Below, one piece after another: positions 1 to 13,167 of a stretch of 64,000 nt of DNA (positions are counted from its first letter, which is position 1; each line of letters opens with the position of its first letter). The position numbers were made by a program, and so were the translations under genes. A model generated the notes under the pieces. That model had not been told where the DNA came from. It saw only the letters and a program-made list of their open reading frames with translations, and made no database searches. Origin of the DNA: an uncultured virus (IMG/VR IMGVR_UViG_3300028888_002345) (lineage: Duplodnaviria > Heunggongvirae > Uroviricota > Caudoviricetes); the IMG/VR virus record IMGVR_UViG_3300028888_002345. One strand, 5' to 3'.

Positions 1-794
1 AAATAAGAATAAAGTAAAACTTTTTCAATTTGTTTTTCTGTAAAATCCCTATTTAATCCAGATTCTTTATAAAAATTATATGCTATACCTGCTGTTGATT
101 CTATATAGTCAATTAAGAACATATCTATAAAAACACGCTATTTACTTTCAGCCATATATTTACGATTTGAAAGTGAATCAGGGTTAGCTACCCAAATATA
201 AGTAATTAAATCTGTTTTATATAAAGGAAGATTATAAGCAAGACGAATAAATTCCATCTAAGTAGAAATACATATATCTTCATGAGAAGTCATATCTTTT
301 ATATAATGAAGATTATATTTTTTCCAAAAGTTATCAAGATTAAAAACTTTTCCATGTGTCCATCCTGCAAATTGAGGCATTTCAAAAAATTTATCATTAA
401 CCTTTTTTACAAATTTAGTAAGAAAAACAGTATCACAACCAGTCTCTTCTATTTCTTTTTTTAATTTAGGAAGAGCACCTTTTACAAGCTAATCATCATG
501 ATCCATAAAAATTAGCCATTCTCCAAGGGCTTGATCTGCTCCCTTTTGTCTTGTATTTCCAGGACAACAATTATAATCAGTTTTAGTTTGAGTAATAAAT
601 AATTTGTCTGTGTATTGATTTACAATATCTTGATAACTTTCTGTAGAACAATCATCAGAAAGAATTACTTGAATTTCATCATATCCCATCTATTGAGATA
701 TAATACTATCTAATGCTGTTCCAATAGTTTCTCTTGAATTATAACAAGGAATAACTATTGAATAAAAAGGTCTATTATTTGTTAATGTAGGCAT
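1..794 (-). CDS. Glycosyltransferase family 2 (3' end outside window; TAG read-through)
   Basis: ATG at 794: MPTLTNNRPFYSIVIPCYNSRETIGTALDSIISQ*MGYDEIQVILSDDCSTE...EWLIFMDHDD*LVKG...; GT2 motifs SIVIPxYN, DDxS and DxDD; frame stays open to the window edge when TAG is read through. Confidence 0.85.
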
Positions 795-1248
795 ATCCTA
801 ATCCTATTGCATCTGCGATGTCATCATTTACCTATATATTGAAGTGGTCTTTTACCCATTGAATATCTAATTCTTTTTGTTGTTGACGTCTAACTCCTCG
901 TCCTTGTTTTATTTGACAAGTTTTACGCCAACTTGATGGATATAAGAAATCTATTTGTAAGTGTTTAAAGTTCTAATGTATCATCATTGATAAACAACCT
1001 TGTAGATACATTAGAACTTTATAAGTTTGTACATTAACAAAGCTCTCTTGTCTAACCTACTCAAGAACCACATATTCTAAATCTGGATTTTCAATAAGTA
1101 TTTTTTGTATACTATCAACCATAACTTTTATTCGATTTAAGAAGTCTAAAGATGTAGCTGTAATACAAGTATAATACTAAAGTTTATTATGTTTATAAAT
1201 TGCTATACCAGTACTTTTAGAGCTAGCATCGATTGCTAATAAATTCAT
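775..1248 (-). CDS. RuvC-like Holliday junction resolvase (4 internal TAG)
   Basis: MNLLAIDASSKSTGIAIY...VVLE*VRQ...YPSSWRK...VNDDIADAIGLG; RuvC acidic motifs; AGGAG RBS; ends TAA; missing from the ORF track. Confidence 0.85.
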
Positions 1249-1317
1249 TTATTTTCTCCTTTTGTTTAGTTATAGTATAACAAAATTTTTTAAAAAAATC
1301 AAATATTAAATAAGATT

Positions 1318-2850
1318 TTATGAAAATAGTTTAGATAAATCCTTACGACCTACAATTTTACGAATAACAGCAAAACCATTAGGATAAGTTCCTCCAGTGT
1401 CGGTAGTAACACTATATGTTGCACTTGAACCTGCAGCAGCTCCATTCCAAGACCATATAGTATGCTCTCCTAATTTAAGTTGATTAGTATAAGATTCATT
1501 TAAACCAAAATTAAGTGAACAAATAGCTAAATTTCCCTGTGCATCTATTTGTACTTCTCTAAGGAAACCTCCACTCATTGATAAAAAAGAAGATGTTTCA
1601 ATAGTTCTTGTTTCATTCTAACCATAAAAATCAACATAAAAATCAAGATAATCATAGTTAGTAATATCATCTATTAAATTAAATATTGTACCTACTGCTC
1701 TTTTAGTACCTGTCCATAGAACTTTTTCACTATTAGTTATTGCAGCTTTTTGTTCATTTAAATCTTCTTGTAACTGAAGTATTAAAGCCATATCAGCATT
1801 ACCGCCTTCTGCGGTAATGGTTCCTATAAGATTTCTTAAATCTTTAACCTGTTCTCTAACAGCCTATCCAGCAGAATTATATTGAGTACTGTCATAACCT
1901 ATTCTAATGTCATTAACTTCAGTATTTTCAACTAATTTACGACCCACAATTTTCTTTAAAGTTATTAAAGTTCTTTGACCACTTACTGGGTCAGAATAAG
2001 TAGTACTATCATTTATAAAAGTATATATTCTAGCATCATAATCTTTTTTGCCTTGCCAATACCATTGCACTTGAAAATTAAAACGTGCAGTTGTTCCAGA
2101 TAAAATAATATTTATTTCTTCTGTTGTTAAAGCTGTAACAATATTATTATTAGAATCACGTAACGCATTAGAAAGATTTATAAATCTAAATGTACTTTCA
2201 GTTGAATTAGATGCAATAGTTTTTATTTCTTTTCCTCCTTGAGAATCAAAATAAAAATCAATATAATCATAATTAGTAACATTATCTGATAATGTTATAG
2301 GATTATGATTTAATCCACTTAATTCTCCTTCCCATAAAACAGTTTCAATATCTACAACATTATTAGTTAAATTATCCATTCTAGCAGAAAGATTCTATAA
2401 ATCTGATTGATTTGCTTTATTTTCTATTTTTTTAGAAAGATTCTATAAATCTGATTGATTTGCTTTATTTTCTGCTAAATTATTATCTGCTGTTTCTCTA
2501 GCAGTTTTTTCAGCATTAATTTGATTTATAAGATTAGTAGATAATGCTGAATCAGCTTCTTGTCTAGCAGTTTTTTCAGCATCAATTTGAGCTTGTACGT
2601 TAGAAGGTACATTAACTAAATTATTTAAAGCACTAACAGCAAAATCACTTGCTGCTAATTTTCCATCTGAATTTGTTATAACTATTTTACTTTTAGTTAT
2701 TGTACTAGCAGGTAAAAATCTAGTTAAAGCTTCTTGTAAATTAGTAGTACCACCTATTGTACTACCTAATGTAATATTACTAGCATTTGCTCCAATATCT
2801 TCCGTAACCCAAGAGGAACCATCATATACGGATACTTGTTTTACTGACAT
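1318..2850 (-). CDS. Tail fibre / receptor-binding-like protein (510 aa by TAG read-through)
   Basis: Track ORFs 2443-2850, 1864-2379 and 1318-1578 share one frame and are joined by TAGs; coiled-coil EKTAR repeats, a YNSAG*AVREQ motif and two LW.G...L.D..TNYDY.DFY repeats. Confidence 0.7.
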
Positions 2851-2877
2851 ATATTATTCTCCTTTTATTCCAATTTA

Positions 2878-3117
2878 TTAAGATGTGATATGAAACCAAG
2901 CAGAACCCTTTTTAGGATTAGCAGGACTATTTTCACTAATTACTCTCATCTAATTATTTAAAACATTCTATAAATTATTAATTGCCTATTCATACTCTTC
3001 TATATCATTATTTTGAACAGAATTAATTGCATTTAAAGTTGTTTCATAATAACTATTTATATTATCAATAGTAATAGTGCCTTCTTCAATATGATTATCT
3101 ATTTTTTGAGTTGCCAT
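2878..3117 (-). CDS. Small tail-associated hypothetical protein (TAG read-through)
   Basis: MATQKIDNH...SPANPKKGSAWFHITS-TAA; GAGG RBS. Confidence 0.6.
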
Positions 3118-3128
3118 ATTACTACCTC

Positions 3129-3407
3129 TTATTTAAGAACTAACCAAATAGTTCCCTTTCCATAATTACTAGGTAAATTTTTTGGTACATTTCCATTTGC
3201 TTCAGAAAAGAATGTAGTTGTTTTACCTTCAAGAGTCGCTGTAAGCTATGTTAAATTATTTTCATCAGTAGAAACTCTATCTATTAAATTATTTACTCTA
3301 GTATTTAATTCATTTAATTGCATTGTATAGTAATTTAATTCAGAAGAAAAATCAAAATTCTTTTGAATTTTTTTTACTATCCAAACTGCCTCTGGCCAAC
3401 TACTCAT
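3129..3407 (-). CDS. Small tail-associated hypothetical protein (1 TAG)
   Basis: MSSWPEAVWIVKK...GKGTIWLVLK-TAA; AGGAG RBS. Confidence 0.6.
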
Positions 3408-3434
3408 ATCTATTTACTCTCCTTTACTCCTATA

Positions 3435-3959
3435 TTACGGATCTATTTGTTCATTAATTTTTGTATATCCAGTTTCTTCATTTTCTAAAATAGTAATAAT
3501 CTTACGGTGTAAAACTTGATTATCTTCCATATCACCTTTATATAAAATAATTTCAATTACTTCTATTTGAGTTAATATTAAAAAGTTTGAATCTGGATTT
3601 GAAGGGTCTTCAAGAAGAAAAGAATTATCTCCATTTAAATCGTTAGCAAGAATATAATCATTAATTGTTTCAGATTTTATAGTAGTTACTAATGAATAAT
3701 TAACTTTATTATTTTGAATCATTGCACTTAAAGAATCGTTTAATTTTTCTGAAAAATACCATTCTTTAATTGTAACAACTTCATCTGTCTACTCTACAGT
3801 AGCATAATGGTCATTTCCTAGTTTTAATTCTTCCTCCAAATCTAAACTAGATAACATATCAATTAAATATCCACTTGAACCAATAGGGATACCAGTGGTA
3901 TATCCGGAAGAAGTTTTTTGTCGAATTTCTTTTATTCTTCCTAAATTTCTATCACTCAT
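3435..3959 (-). CDS. Hypothetical protein (TAG read-through)
   Basis: ATG 3959 with AGGAG RBS, in frame with track ORF 3435-3722. Confidence 0.6.
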
Positions 3960-3982
3960 TAACTTTAATTCTCCTTTTCCTC

Positions 3983-4264
3983 TTAATATATAATATTTAC
4001 AATGGTACTGGATGGGGCACCATTCGGAAAAGATATTTCTACATTAGTTATCTATTCGGTTACTTCATAAATAAAAGTTCTCCCCATCCATATATCTTTA
4101 TTATTTATTAAAAAATGAAAACTGGAATCTGCATTTCCACTTCCAAGTTTCATATAATCTTTTTCTCCAATAGAAATACCAATATGGCATTTTCCAAGAA
4201 CATTAATAGTATGTCCTACTGAAAAAGGACCTGTTTTCTGTACAATTATACCACTATCTGCCAT
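3983..4264 (-). CDS. Hypothetical tail-region protein (1 TAG)
   Basis: Track ORF 4052-4264 continues *ITNVEISFPNGAPSSTIVNIIY-TAA. Confidence 0.6.
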
Positions 4265-4282
4265 ATTTAATCCTTCCTTTTA

Positions 4283-6592
4283 TTAATCATGTCCACCTGA
4301 TACAACAAACCAAATACCATTATCTTGTAATTTATCATCATCTTCTACAGGTCTATGATTAATATCCTATTCACTTATTAATATACTAAAAGCTGGATTT
4401 GATGCCATTGCCTAATCAATAGACATAATCTCATACCAACAAGAAGGAGTACCATCAGGTAATTCATGACTAGGATTCTAAGGATCATCAACATAGTCAT
4501 AAGCAAAAATAGCTTTTCTCTCTGAATCATTCTGGGTATAATTAATTGTTACTAACCAACCTTGTCTATTTCTAGTAAGTTCATCATTACCTAAACCATC
4601 TTTATAAGTAGTTTTTAAATCTTCTAAAGTATAATCTCCTTGAACATGGAATTGAGAACCAATAGGACCAAAATTATACCATCTAAGATTAGTGTATGTT
4701 TTAGGCTAACCATTTACATTATGACTAGGATTTGGATCTGTCCAATCTGAAATATATACCTTATCCTAAGGAATGTTGGCTCGAACTACCGGATCAGAAT
4801 AAAGAACTAAAAGAGAATCTCCATAACGTTTAAAAGCAAGCGGGAAATTTATATTTTCAGAAAGATAATTTGTTTCACCGCCTTCAAAAGTATAAGAAAA
4901 TCTTTGAGACTCTAATATATTATCTTCATTTCTAAAATCAATAGACTAAAGCTTAGGAACAGAAAAAGATAAAACCTAAGTCTATCCATTCTAAACACAG
5001 GTAATATTAAGTATACTATCTTGATAAGTAATATCTGTTATTCTTAATAATCCCCATCTTTTTTCTTCTTCTTCTCCACCATATGTAACAACTATCTATC
5101 CTCTTTCTGTATCATAATATACTTCACCTAATGTTCTACTTGTCATTAAATAGAAAGGCTAATTAGAATCAGAATAGTAAGCAAACATATTGCCATTCTA
5201 ATCCATCGTAATATAATCAAGATTACGCATTAGATTAATAGTATTAGGCTCTCCTGCTTTATAATAAACTGTAGCAGAACTCGCGGGCGCCTGTCTAGGG
5301 AGGATTATGACACGCCATTTTGAAGGATAACCTGAAACTATTTCAGGCGCTTCAATCTACTGCCCAGTAGTGAATGGACCAGTTGGCGGACTATTTAAAT
5401 CAACATCTCCTTCTTTTATACAAACAAGACAGATAAGATTATTATTCTAATCTTGCTAACCTGTATTATAAACGCTTCCAACCTAAGCGTTAATAATTGA
5501 ACTTGATCCTGATGATGTAGACCAGTTAAAGAATACTCTTTGTTTATAATTGGTAGTGATACGATTAATTACACGATACGGCCAACGACCAAAGTGTGCC
5601 GTTACAGCCCCGGCCGCGCTTTCTTCATAATCTTTAATACTATAAGTAATATACTAATCAGTATTTACAATAGCCTTTCCTTCTCCGTCTGAAATAATAT
5701 TATTTTTTTCATAATATGTACTTATATCATCTACAACTGGATTAGTAACTGTTATATAACTATTTCCATTTTTAGTATAATAAGTCTTACCACTCTAAAT
5801 ACTACTATCTTTTGTTAAAGAATATCCAATATCTCTACCAGTTTCTTTTACCATCTAATAAACATCTTGTCCATGTTTACCAGCAGGAATTTTAAAATCC
5901 CATTTATAATAAAATGGATGTGCTGTAGAAGCAGGATTTTCATAAACTGTTGCTGCTGCCATATAAGGATCAGTATCAACTAGTTCAGTTTCTAATACTG
6001 TCTATGGAATATCAAAGGCTATATATCCACTTACTATATCACCATGGTTATCTCTAATATTTACATATCCTGCTTGAATAACATCATTAAAACTAACAAC
6101 TCCATCGTTGTCCTATTTACCAGGTTTTCTATCTAAAATAATAGAATTTCCATCATTTAGAAATGCAGTGCTACCTAATTGAGCTTCAAAGTCACTCCAT
6201 TGCTATATTTCAATTTTTGGACTTTCACCTTCTGGTCCTACTATTTGACCAACATAAATGGCACCTGCGCCAGGATCCTATACCCATTTTTTCCAAGCCT
6301 AAGAAAAAGACTATTTATCAAAATATCCAGTACTTTCATCTATAAAACTAGACTAATCAGGTTTAGCGAAACTAGGATTAGCATTATAATCAAAACCTCT
6401 GCGGTATAAAAGTCCATTTTCTATATTAGATCTTCCACTGGATAAAACAGTATCTATAATTACATATTCACCATAATTTACTTCAGTATAAGCTCCTCCT
6501 CCATGAAAAGCCTATACCATAGCATCTACGGTATCATATCTTTTTACTAAATTATAAGTTCTACCTTGTTTACCACCATAAAAAGAACTCAT
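4283..6592 (-). CDS. Large tail/baseplate-associated protein (~769 aa, TAG read-through)
   Basis: MSSFYGGKQGRTYNLVKRYD... to ...GIWFVVSGGHD-TAA; AGGAGG RBS; same frame at both ends, spot-checked internally; absent from the ORF track. Confidence 0.65.
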
Positions 6593-6607
6593 TTTAACTC
6601 CTCCTTA

Positions 6608-7438
6608 TTACTCTTGATAAGCATAATCTAATAAAAAAGCATCTATATTACTATTATTACTTCCATTAGGATTTGCTATCATAAAACTATTAATTGTAGT
6701 ACCATTATTAATTTCATAAATTCCACTTCTTCCAACTCTTATTGGCTCTCTATTTACGACAATTAAACTTCCTGGTCTACATTGATAGCCAAATTTTATC
6801 CAACCAGAAGACTATTCTACTAAATTATTTAAAGTACAAACATCACCATTTTGTCCAGAATAAATAATTCTATCTCCTTGAGTAGAAACTGTTACTTGCT
6901 TATTTCCATTACCTGTGTAACACATTTTTGTAATATCTGTTTCACTTTCTATTAACCAATTTCTTGGCTAACTTGTAGCATATATAGCATCGTAACTAAC
7001 TCTACTAATTCTAAAACCTAATCTATTAAAATTTTTAGAAGGAGAAAAAACGAAAGAATAAGAGCTATAAGATTCTGGCTAATTATATAAAGCCTGTGGA
7101 ACTGTACAAGTTCCAATTATTTCCGGAGGGTCTTGTTCTTCATCATCTGTATCATTTTTTAATATAATTTGTAAATTTAAAATATCTGCACTATCGGCAT
7201 AAGCAGCAACTTGATCTGAAGTCTTACTGCCCGAATAAAAATATTGAGGAATTTTATGAATTTGAAAACGTAAATAATAAACCTCATTAACAGAAAAATT
7301 TCCTGCTAAAGCAAAATCAGTAAAAGAAGTACTTCCACCAAAAGTATTTGGACTAGTTATTGTACTAGGAGAAACCTCAATATCATTCATATATATTGTA
7401 TTTCCATTTTTTCTTAATTGAGATACTATATATGTCAT
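6608..7438 (-). CDS. Tail-region hypothetical protein (276 aa, TAG read-through)
   Basis: Track ORF 7079-7438 continues to ...FLLDYAYQE-TAA. Confidence 0.6.
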
Positions 7439-7463
7439 TTATTTCTACTCCTTTAACTCTTAA

Positions 7464-9572
7464 TTAAATTTTTTGTAGTGCTTTATAAGCATTAATATTC
7501 ATAGTAGAAGAAATATCAAGAGGTAAAGAAATAGATTGAATTATATAATCTCCATACACTCCAGAAGGAGAATCTTCTACTGTAATTCTTGTATTAGGCT
7601 ATAAATAATAAATAGGTAAAGTTGTAATTGAAATAGTATTATTAACATGAGTATATTGATATAATAAATCTTTTATCTTTTCAAAACAAGAATTTAAAAC
7701 TCCTCCTGTAGAAAATAAAGAATATAATTCACTAGGAATCTGAGTCCAATTTTGTCCTGTTAAAATTAATTTATTTATTAAAGCAATATATTCAGATTCA
7801 GTATATTTACTTGTATCTATATATACTATATCAGGAATCTATGGTTCAAAAACACAGTTAATTCCTTCATTATTATCAGCAATTATTTTTGCCCTTCTCC
7901 CAATATTATTTACACTATATCCACCTAACTAAGAATTCTAATCTATAAAATCAAGAAAGTATCCTATTTCATTAGGATGCTTCTACATCTCTATTGTATA
8001 TTTTTGAGTTTCTAAATTATAAATCTTAGGGAACTACTATTTTAACTCTGCATAATATTGAAAATAACTATTATTAATTTCAGTATTTTGCCCTGTACCT
8101 ATATACTAATCTTCAAGCATTTGATAATAAATCTATTCTCGCCAATCTTGAGATTGTCTATCTGTAATAATTTTAAAAATTCGTCCTTTTGCTGACTATA
8201 ATATAGCATTTGGAAAGAGTTCTGTTCCTATTGCAGGCTAACTAGTTTTATTATTATACCAAACTGCTCTAATAATTTGATTAGAATCATAATATAAAGC
8301 TATATTATGATTATTTAAATTAGGTTTTTTATCAATAGCTAAATGAAAACGACAAGGAATTCTAGTATTACTATTAGTAGTAGGATAAGAACCCCATACA
8401 ACAAAATCATTTTTTATATTATTATAATTTAAACTATTATTATAAGTTGTTGTATATTCATTATCTGTAAAATCATAAATAGACTTAGTTAATCTATAAT
8501 AATCTGCCTAATATACATCAGAAGGTAAATTTCCTACAGGAAAACTTTCTTCTTTTGTCCAATATGCTACATTTGTCATATTAAGATAATTTTGTTTTTC
8601 TTGAAATCTAAAATTTCCAAAAACATCATAGAAATATTCATAATTTCCCATGATATTAATTAATTTATCTAAAACAGAAGTTACTGTTTCTCCTGCATTA
8701 CATGTTAATTCCCCAGGATAGACAAAATCTTCATAAGTAAAACCAATATCTTCTCCTGGCTAATAAGAAAATATAGTAGACTAACTTAATCCTTTTTCAG
8801 TACACCAACTTTTTGCTTCTGCCTAAGAAAGAAAAATCATAGAATTAGAAAAAGATTCTACAATATAAATAGTATCTGTTCCAGTCCATTTTACAACATG
8901 CTTAATTTGAAGCGGAACCTAAGAAATAATAATTTTACTTAATTGTTCATTTCCCCAATGGTTTACTAATTCTTTAATAATATTATATACTAAAACTGGA
9001 TTTTTTTCAAGAGTGAAAGCATCTGCATCCACTAATTCATCTTGATTACTAAATTCTACCGCTGAATGTATTTCTCCTCCTAAATCACCATTTAATAAAC
9101 ACATTTTATCTTTTAATTGCATAGAAATAGTGACTCCATTTACTCCATGAGAAATAGATGGATTAAACATTACATATACTCCAAGAGGAAACCAGATTAT
9201 ATCTCCATAAAGTTCTTGATAATTAATATTAGTAAAATTTATATTATTATATTCATCTTTTTCTTTATAAGCATATTTAGGAACTTTATTAACTATGCCT
9301 AATTCTAATATACATTTTTTATTGATTGAAAATAAATGATCTATATTTGCAAGATTATTATCTTTTTCCTAAGCAAAAATAGATAATGTAGCAGTTCTTC
9401 TCATTGAAGAACTGCCATCTAAATTTACACTACCACTAATTGTTTTTCCTTGAATCTATTCTAAAGGTTCTTCTTTCCAGTTTAAAACAGTTATTTTTAT
9501 AAATTGCTATTTAATATGAAGAGAATCAAGCTATTGAAGAAATCTTCTATCTTGTAAAAAATCATAATTCAT
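7464..9572 (-). CDS. Tail/baseplate hub-like protein (~702 aa; DUF5048-like by recall)
   Basis: MNYDFLQD...KITVLNWKEEPLE*IQGKTISGSVNLDGSSSMRRTATLS...EYFYDVFGNFRFQEKQNYL; includes track ORF 8919-9170 in frame. Confidence 0.6.
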
Positions 9573-12373
9573 TAATAGTAATCCTCCTCTACTAAAGCAT
9601 AATAAAAAATTAGTGCATCCATAGGAAAATAAACATCGAATGATACATACTATTGCTATCCTTCTTCTTTAAATAACTATGCTACATTCCAACGAGACCT
9701 ATGGAAATAATAATAAATATTATTTACTACACAAAAATCTCCCTCATGAGGAAAAATAATATCATCTAAACTATTAACCGTACCTCTAAAAGTTGACTAG
9801 TTTATAAGAGTATTAAAACCAACTATTTTAAGTTGATCAATAGAAATATCTCCAGCAGTATTAGTTAAGAAATCAAAATTAAACTAACCTGTATGATTGA
9901 TAACAATTCTTTCAAAATCTGTCATCTTATTAGTTTTTATTTTTATTACAGCTCCAGGCTCAGTATCTATTAAAATAGATTTAACAGAATTTACTTTACG
10001 TTTAACTTGATCTAAACCTTTTTCATAATTATATTTATATTTGTATTTTATTCTAGAGATAATTTCTGCTTCCTATGTAAAAACCCCCATAAGTTGCCCA
10101 TTAACTTTATCAAAAATTTTATTTTTAGGCTAATTTAAAACAATTTGTTCTACTACATTATCTAATCTATAATCAACTAACATAGCAATATCCTTAGCAG
10201 GAATAAGTTGAGAATTTTTCTTTAAAATTAATCCTTCTTCTTTAAGCTAATAAATATTATTTGGAGGAGAAACAATTATTTGTCTTCCATTTATAGTAAA
10301 TAACCAACCTAAATATACATTAACATTATTATATGTTGATTCAATTTGATAAAGTTGATAATCAATAGGTTGAGTAAAATCAATAGGATCAGATGTTCCA
10401 TCATTATCTATATCGTCATATGGACGATAAATTCCATTTTCCTATATAATTAAATAAGGACTAGATTCAATAGTAAGTCTAATCCAAGTAATATCAAAAT
10501 CTGTAATAATTTTATTATTAAAAATTTGATTATATTTTATTGATTTTGCTATTGAGTTCGCGGCGGCTGTGTTCTAATCGGTACCTATTATATCCTAACC
10601 GCCTTTAAAAAGATTGCCTTCAATATTATCATTAAAATCAAAGCTGTTAATTTGTTTTAAAACAGTACTTGTAGTATACATATTTGGATTAAATTGTCCT
10701 ATATGTATTAATCCATAATTATTAAAAGTATTAATTGTAGGTTCATCTATCTAATATGCAGTGGCAGAAAAAGAATATATTAATCTTCCAAGCTAATTTT
10801 TTGGAGTTAATGAAACTTCCATTAATTTAATGAAAATATTTCCCTACTGCATTGATTTATATAATTTTGGTTTAGAGTTATATAAAAATTCTTCTACTTT
10901 TTCTCTAAATTTTCTTTCATATGTATAATCATATTTGGTAGTATAATTTTCAATTTCTCCTTTAAAATCTTTATAATTATTATAACGATTTTCAAAAAGT
11001 TCTGAAGTATTTGTAAATAAAGAAGCTTCATCCATATATCCTGTAATAGTACCAGTAATAGGAAAAGAACGATAATACATATTTCCATTTCTGCGTATAA
11101 AAGGATATTTAGATCCTATTGTATCTGTTTTACTTTCTGAAATATTAGTTTTATAAGAAGAAATTTGAAAATCATATTTTAATTTTAATTGTTTTACATC
11201 AGATAAACTTTCATTTTCTCCTGACTAAACTAAAAATGCATGCTACCATTCAGCCATAACCCCAGTATCAAAAGTTCTTGATTTATCATAGACTGGAGCG
11301 CCGCGATGTCCACGAATGCTTACTTTTTGAACTAAATATCTATATAATAATCCGCTCTAGGCAGTAAAATCATAATAAGTAAAACTAGGAATAGTATATG
11401 ATTCAAAATATTTTAAATCTTCCCATTTTAAAAAATTACTTTTAGAATCAGATCTTCTAATTACTAAATTGCCAGGATAATATTCATCTGAATTAAAAAC
11501 GAGTTTTATATATCCTTCTTCTTCATTAACAAAGGTAGATAAAGTTCCATTTAAAGAATCAGCTTGTTGACTTGAAAATACAAAACTGTATAATAAACTA
11601 TTTTGATAACCATTTTTAGTCTATATCTCAAATAATAATTTATATTTTACATTTTGAGTAAGTTCATAAGGAAGAGAGCAAGATAAAACTACTGAACTAT
11701 CATTTAAATTATAATTTCTTACACTATTTAACTGAATACCAGAATCTGCTAAAGTATAATTCTAAATATTTAAAAAGTTTTCTTTAGTATAACTATTAGA
11801 TAAAAGTCTCATTCTCCAATGTTTAAGAGCTTCTGAACTTTTTTCTTGTTTATATATTCCAGTGAATTCAGCAAGAGAATAGTAAAAATTATTCTCATCT
11901 GTCTATTGAGGTGCTCTTCCTGTATAAAATTCATCTATATAAAAAAAAGGTATTTCAATTGGTTTTATAATGCAAACTGTAGACCACTCTGAAAAATAAC
12001 TAATATTATTAGTATAAAAACTCATAGTATTAGAATTTGAAGGTAATAAACTACTAAAACGTAATTGTACCTTATATAAAGCATCTACTTGAAATCCCTC
12101 TGAAATTAAATCCTATTTATTTATTTCTATGTAATAACGATTTAGAGTTTTATCAATATCATCTTGTAAACCAAAACTTTTTTCAATAATTTCAGTATTA
12201 GACTTTAAAACATTAACGTTACTACTTTGTCTTCGAACAGATACATGAACTGAATTTATACTATCTATTTTATTTGTATTATATGCAGATAATGTATAAT
12301 ATATTCTAACCTTATTATCTGCTATATTAAAGGCTGGCATCGAAGATGCCACTATAGGTGGATACAAAGCCAT
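9572..12373 (-). CDS. Tail protein (~933 aa, TAG read-through)
   Basis: Track ORFs 12113-12373 and 10844-11080 in one frame; the TAA overlaps the next ATG (TAATG). Confidence 0.65.
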
Positions 12374-12402
12374 CCTTTATTCCTCCTTTTAACTCTTACT
12401 TT

Positions 12403-12849
12403 TTACCTATTTTCAATTTCCATCTTTCTAGGTAATACTCTAACTTCCTACATTAATGTTGCAACAAAAGAATTTCCCCCTTCTTCTTTATAATGAGAAT
12501 ATCGTTTCTACATGCAGTCTAAACTATAATCATCTATGCTTTTTAATTTATAACAAAAATAATGATGATCTTTAGTAATAGCCTGTTTTATATCATCTCG
12601 GTCTGATTCAATTAGAAGGTTAATTAATTCTTTAATATCATCTAAATCTTTATTTATTTTTTTTAACTACTAATCATGTTTTCGCATTTTCTACTATATC
12701 TAAGATGGTCTATCAAACTATTTTATTGCCTGTTTAGTACGTTTTCTTGCCCAGTCTATAAACTAAACTAAACTTTTTATAGCTAAAGCAAGTGCTATAA
12801 TAAATACTATTATCTCACTAATAGTATATTGTGTAAAAAGCTGTGTCAT
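12403..12849 (-). CDS. Holin-like membrane protein (148 aa, 9 TAG)
   Basis: N-terminal TM segment IIVFIIALALAIKSLV, then a coiled coil, then C-terminal LDCM*KRYSHYKEEGGNSFV; holin function is inferred from this architecture. Confidence 0.55.
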
Positions 12850-12901
12850 CGTGAAATTTACCTTTCTCAATAAAGTTTATTTATTATATATCATAATAAA
12901 T

Positions 12902-12937
12902 AAAAAAGGGACTAAGCAAATTAATTTGCTTAGTCCT
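12902..12937 (-). terminator. Rho-independent terminator-like hairpin
   Basis: GGACTAAGCAAAT/ATTTGCTTAGTCC stem followed by T6 on the minus strand. Confidence 0.6.
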
Positions 12938-13154
12938 AAGAAGTAGAAGAATTTTCTTCTTTTTCTGTTTGTTGTTTTTCTTGTTCTTCTCGAAAAAGAG
13001 ATAATTCTTTTTGACCTTGCTATTTATAAAGAAAATTAAATTGATTAGTAAGATCTTTTAAAAGAAAGTAAATTGAACCAACAGAAAGTCCACTCTCCTA
13101 TAAAGTTTTAATTAAAACTTTTTCTGTTAAAAATAATTTTCCTGATTCATTCAT
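12930..13154 (-). CDS. Hypothetical protein (3 TAG)
   Basis: MNESGKLFLTEKVLIKTL*ESGLSVGS...SSTS*D-TAA. Confidence 0.55.
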
Positions 13155-13167
13155 ATAACACAATCCC

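Noticed and set aside
2393..2473. 31-bp direct repeat in the tail fibre gene as a DGR or invertase site
   Set aside because: Simple in-frame duplication (ENKANQSDL*NL); no reverse transcriptase or recombinase was seen
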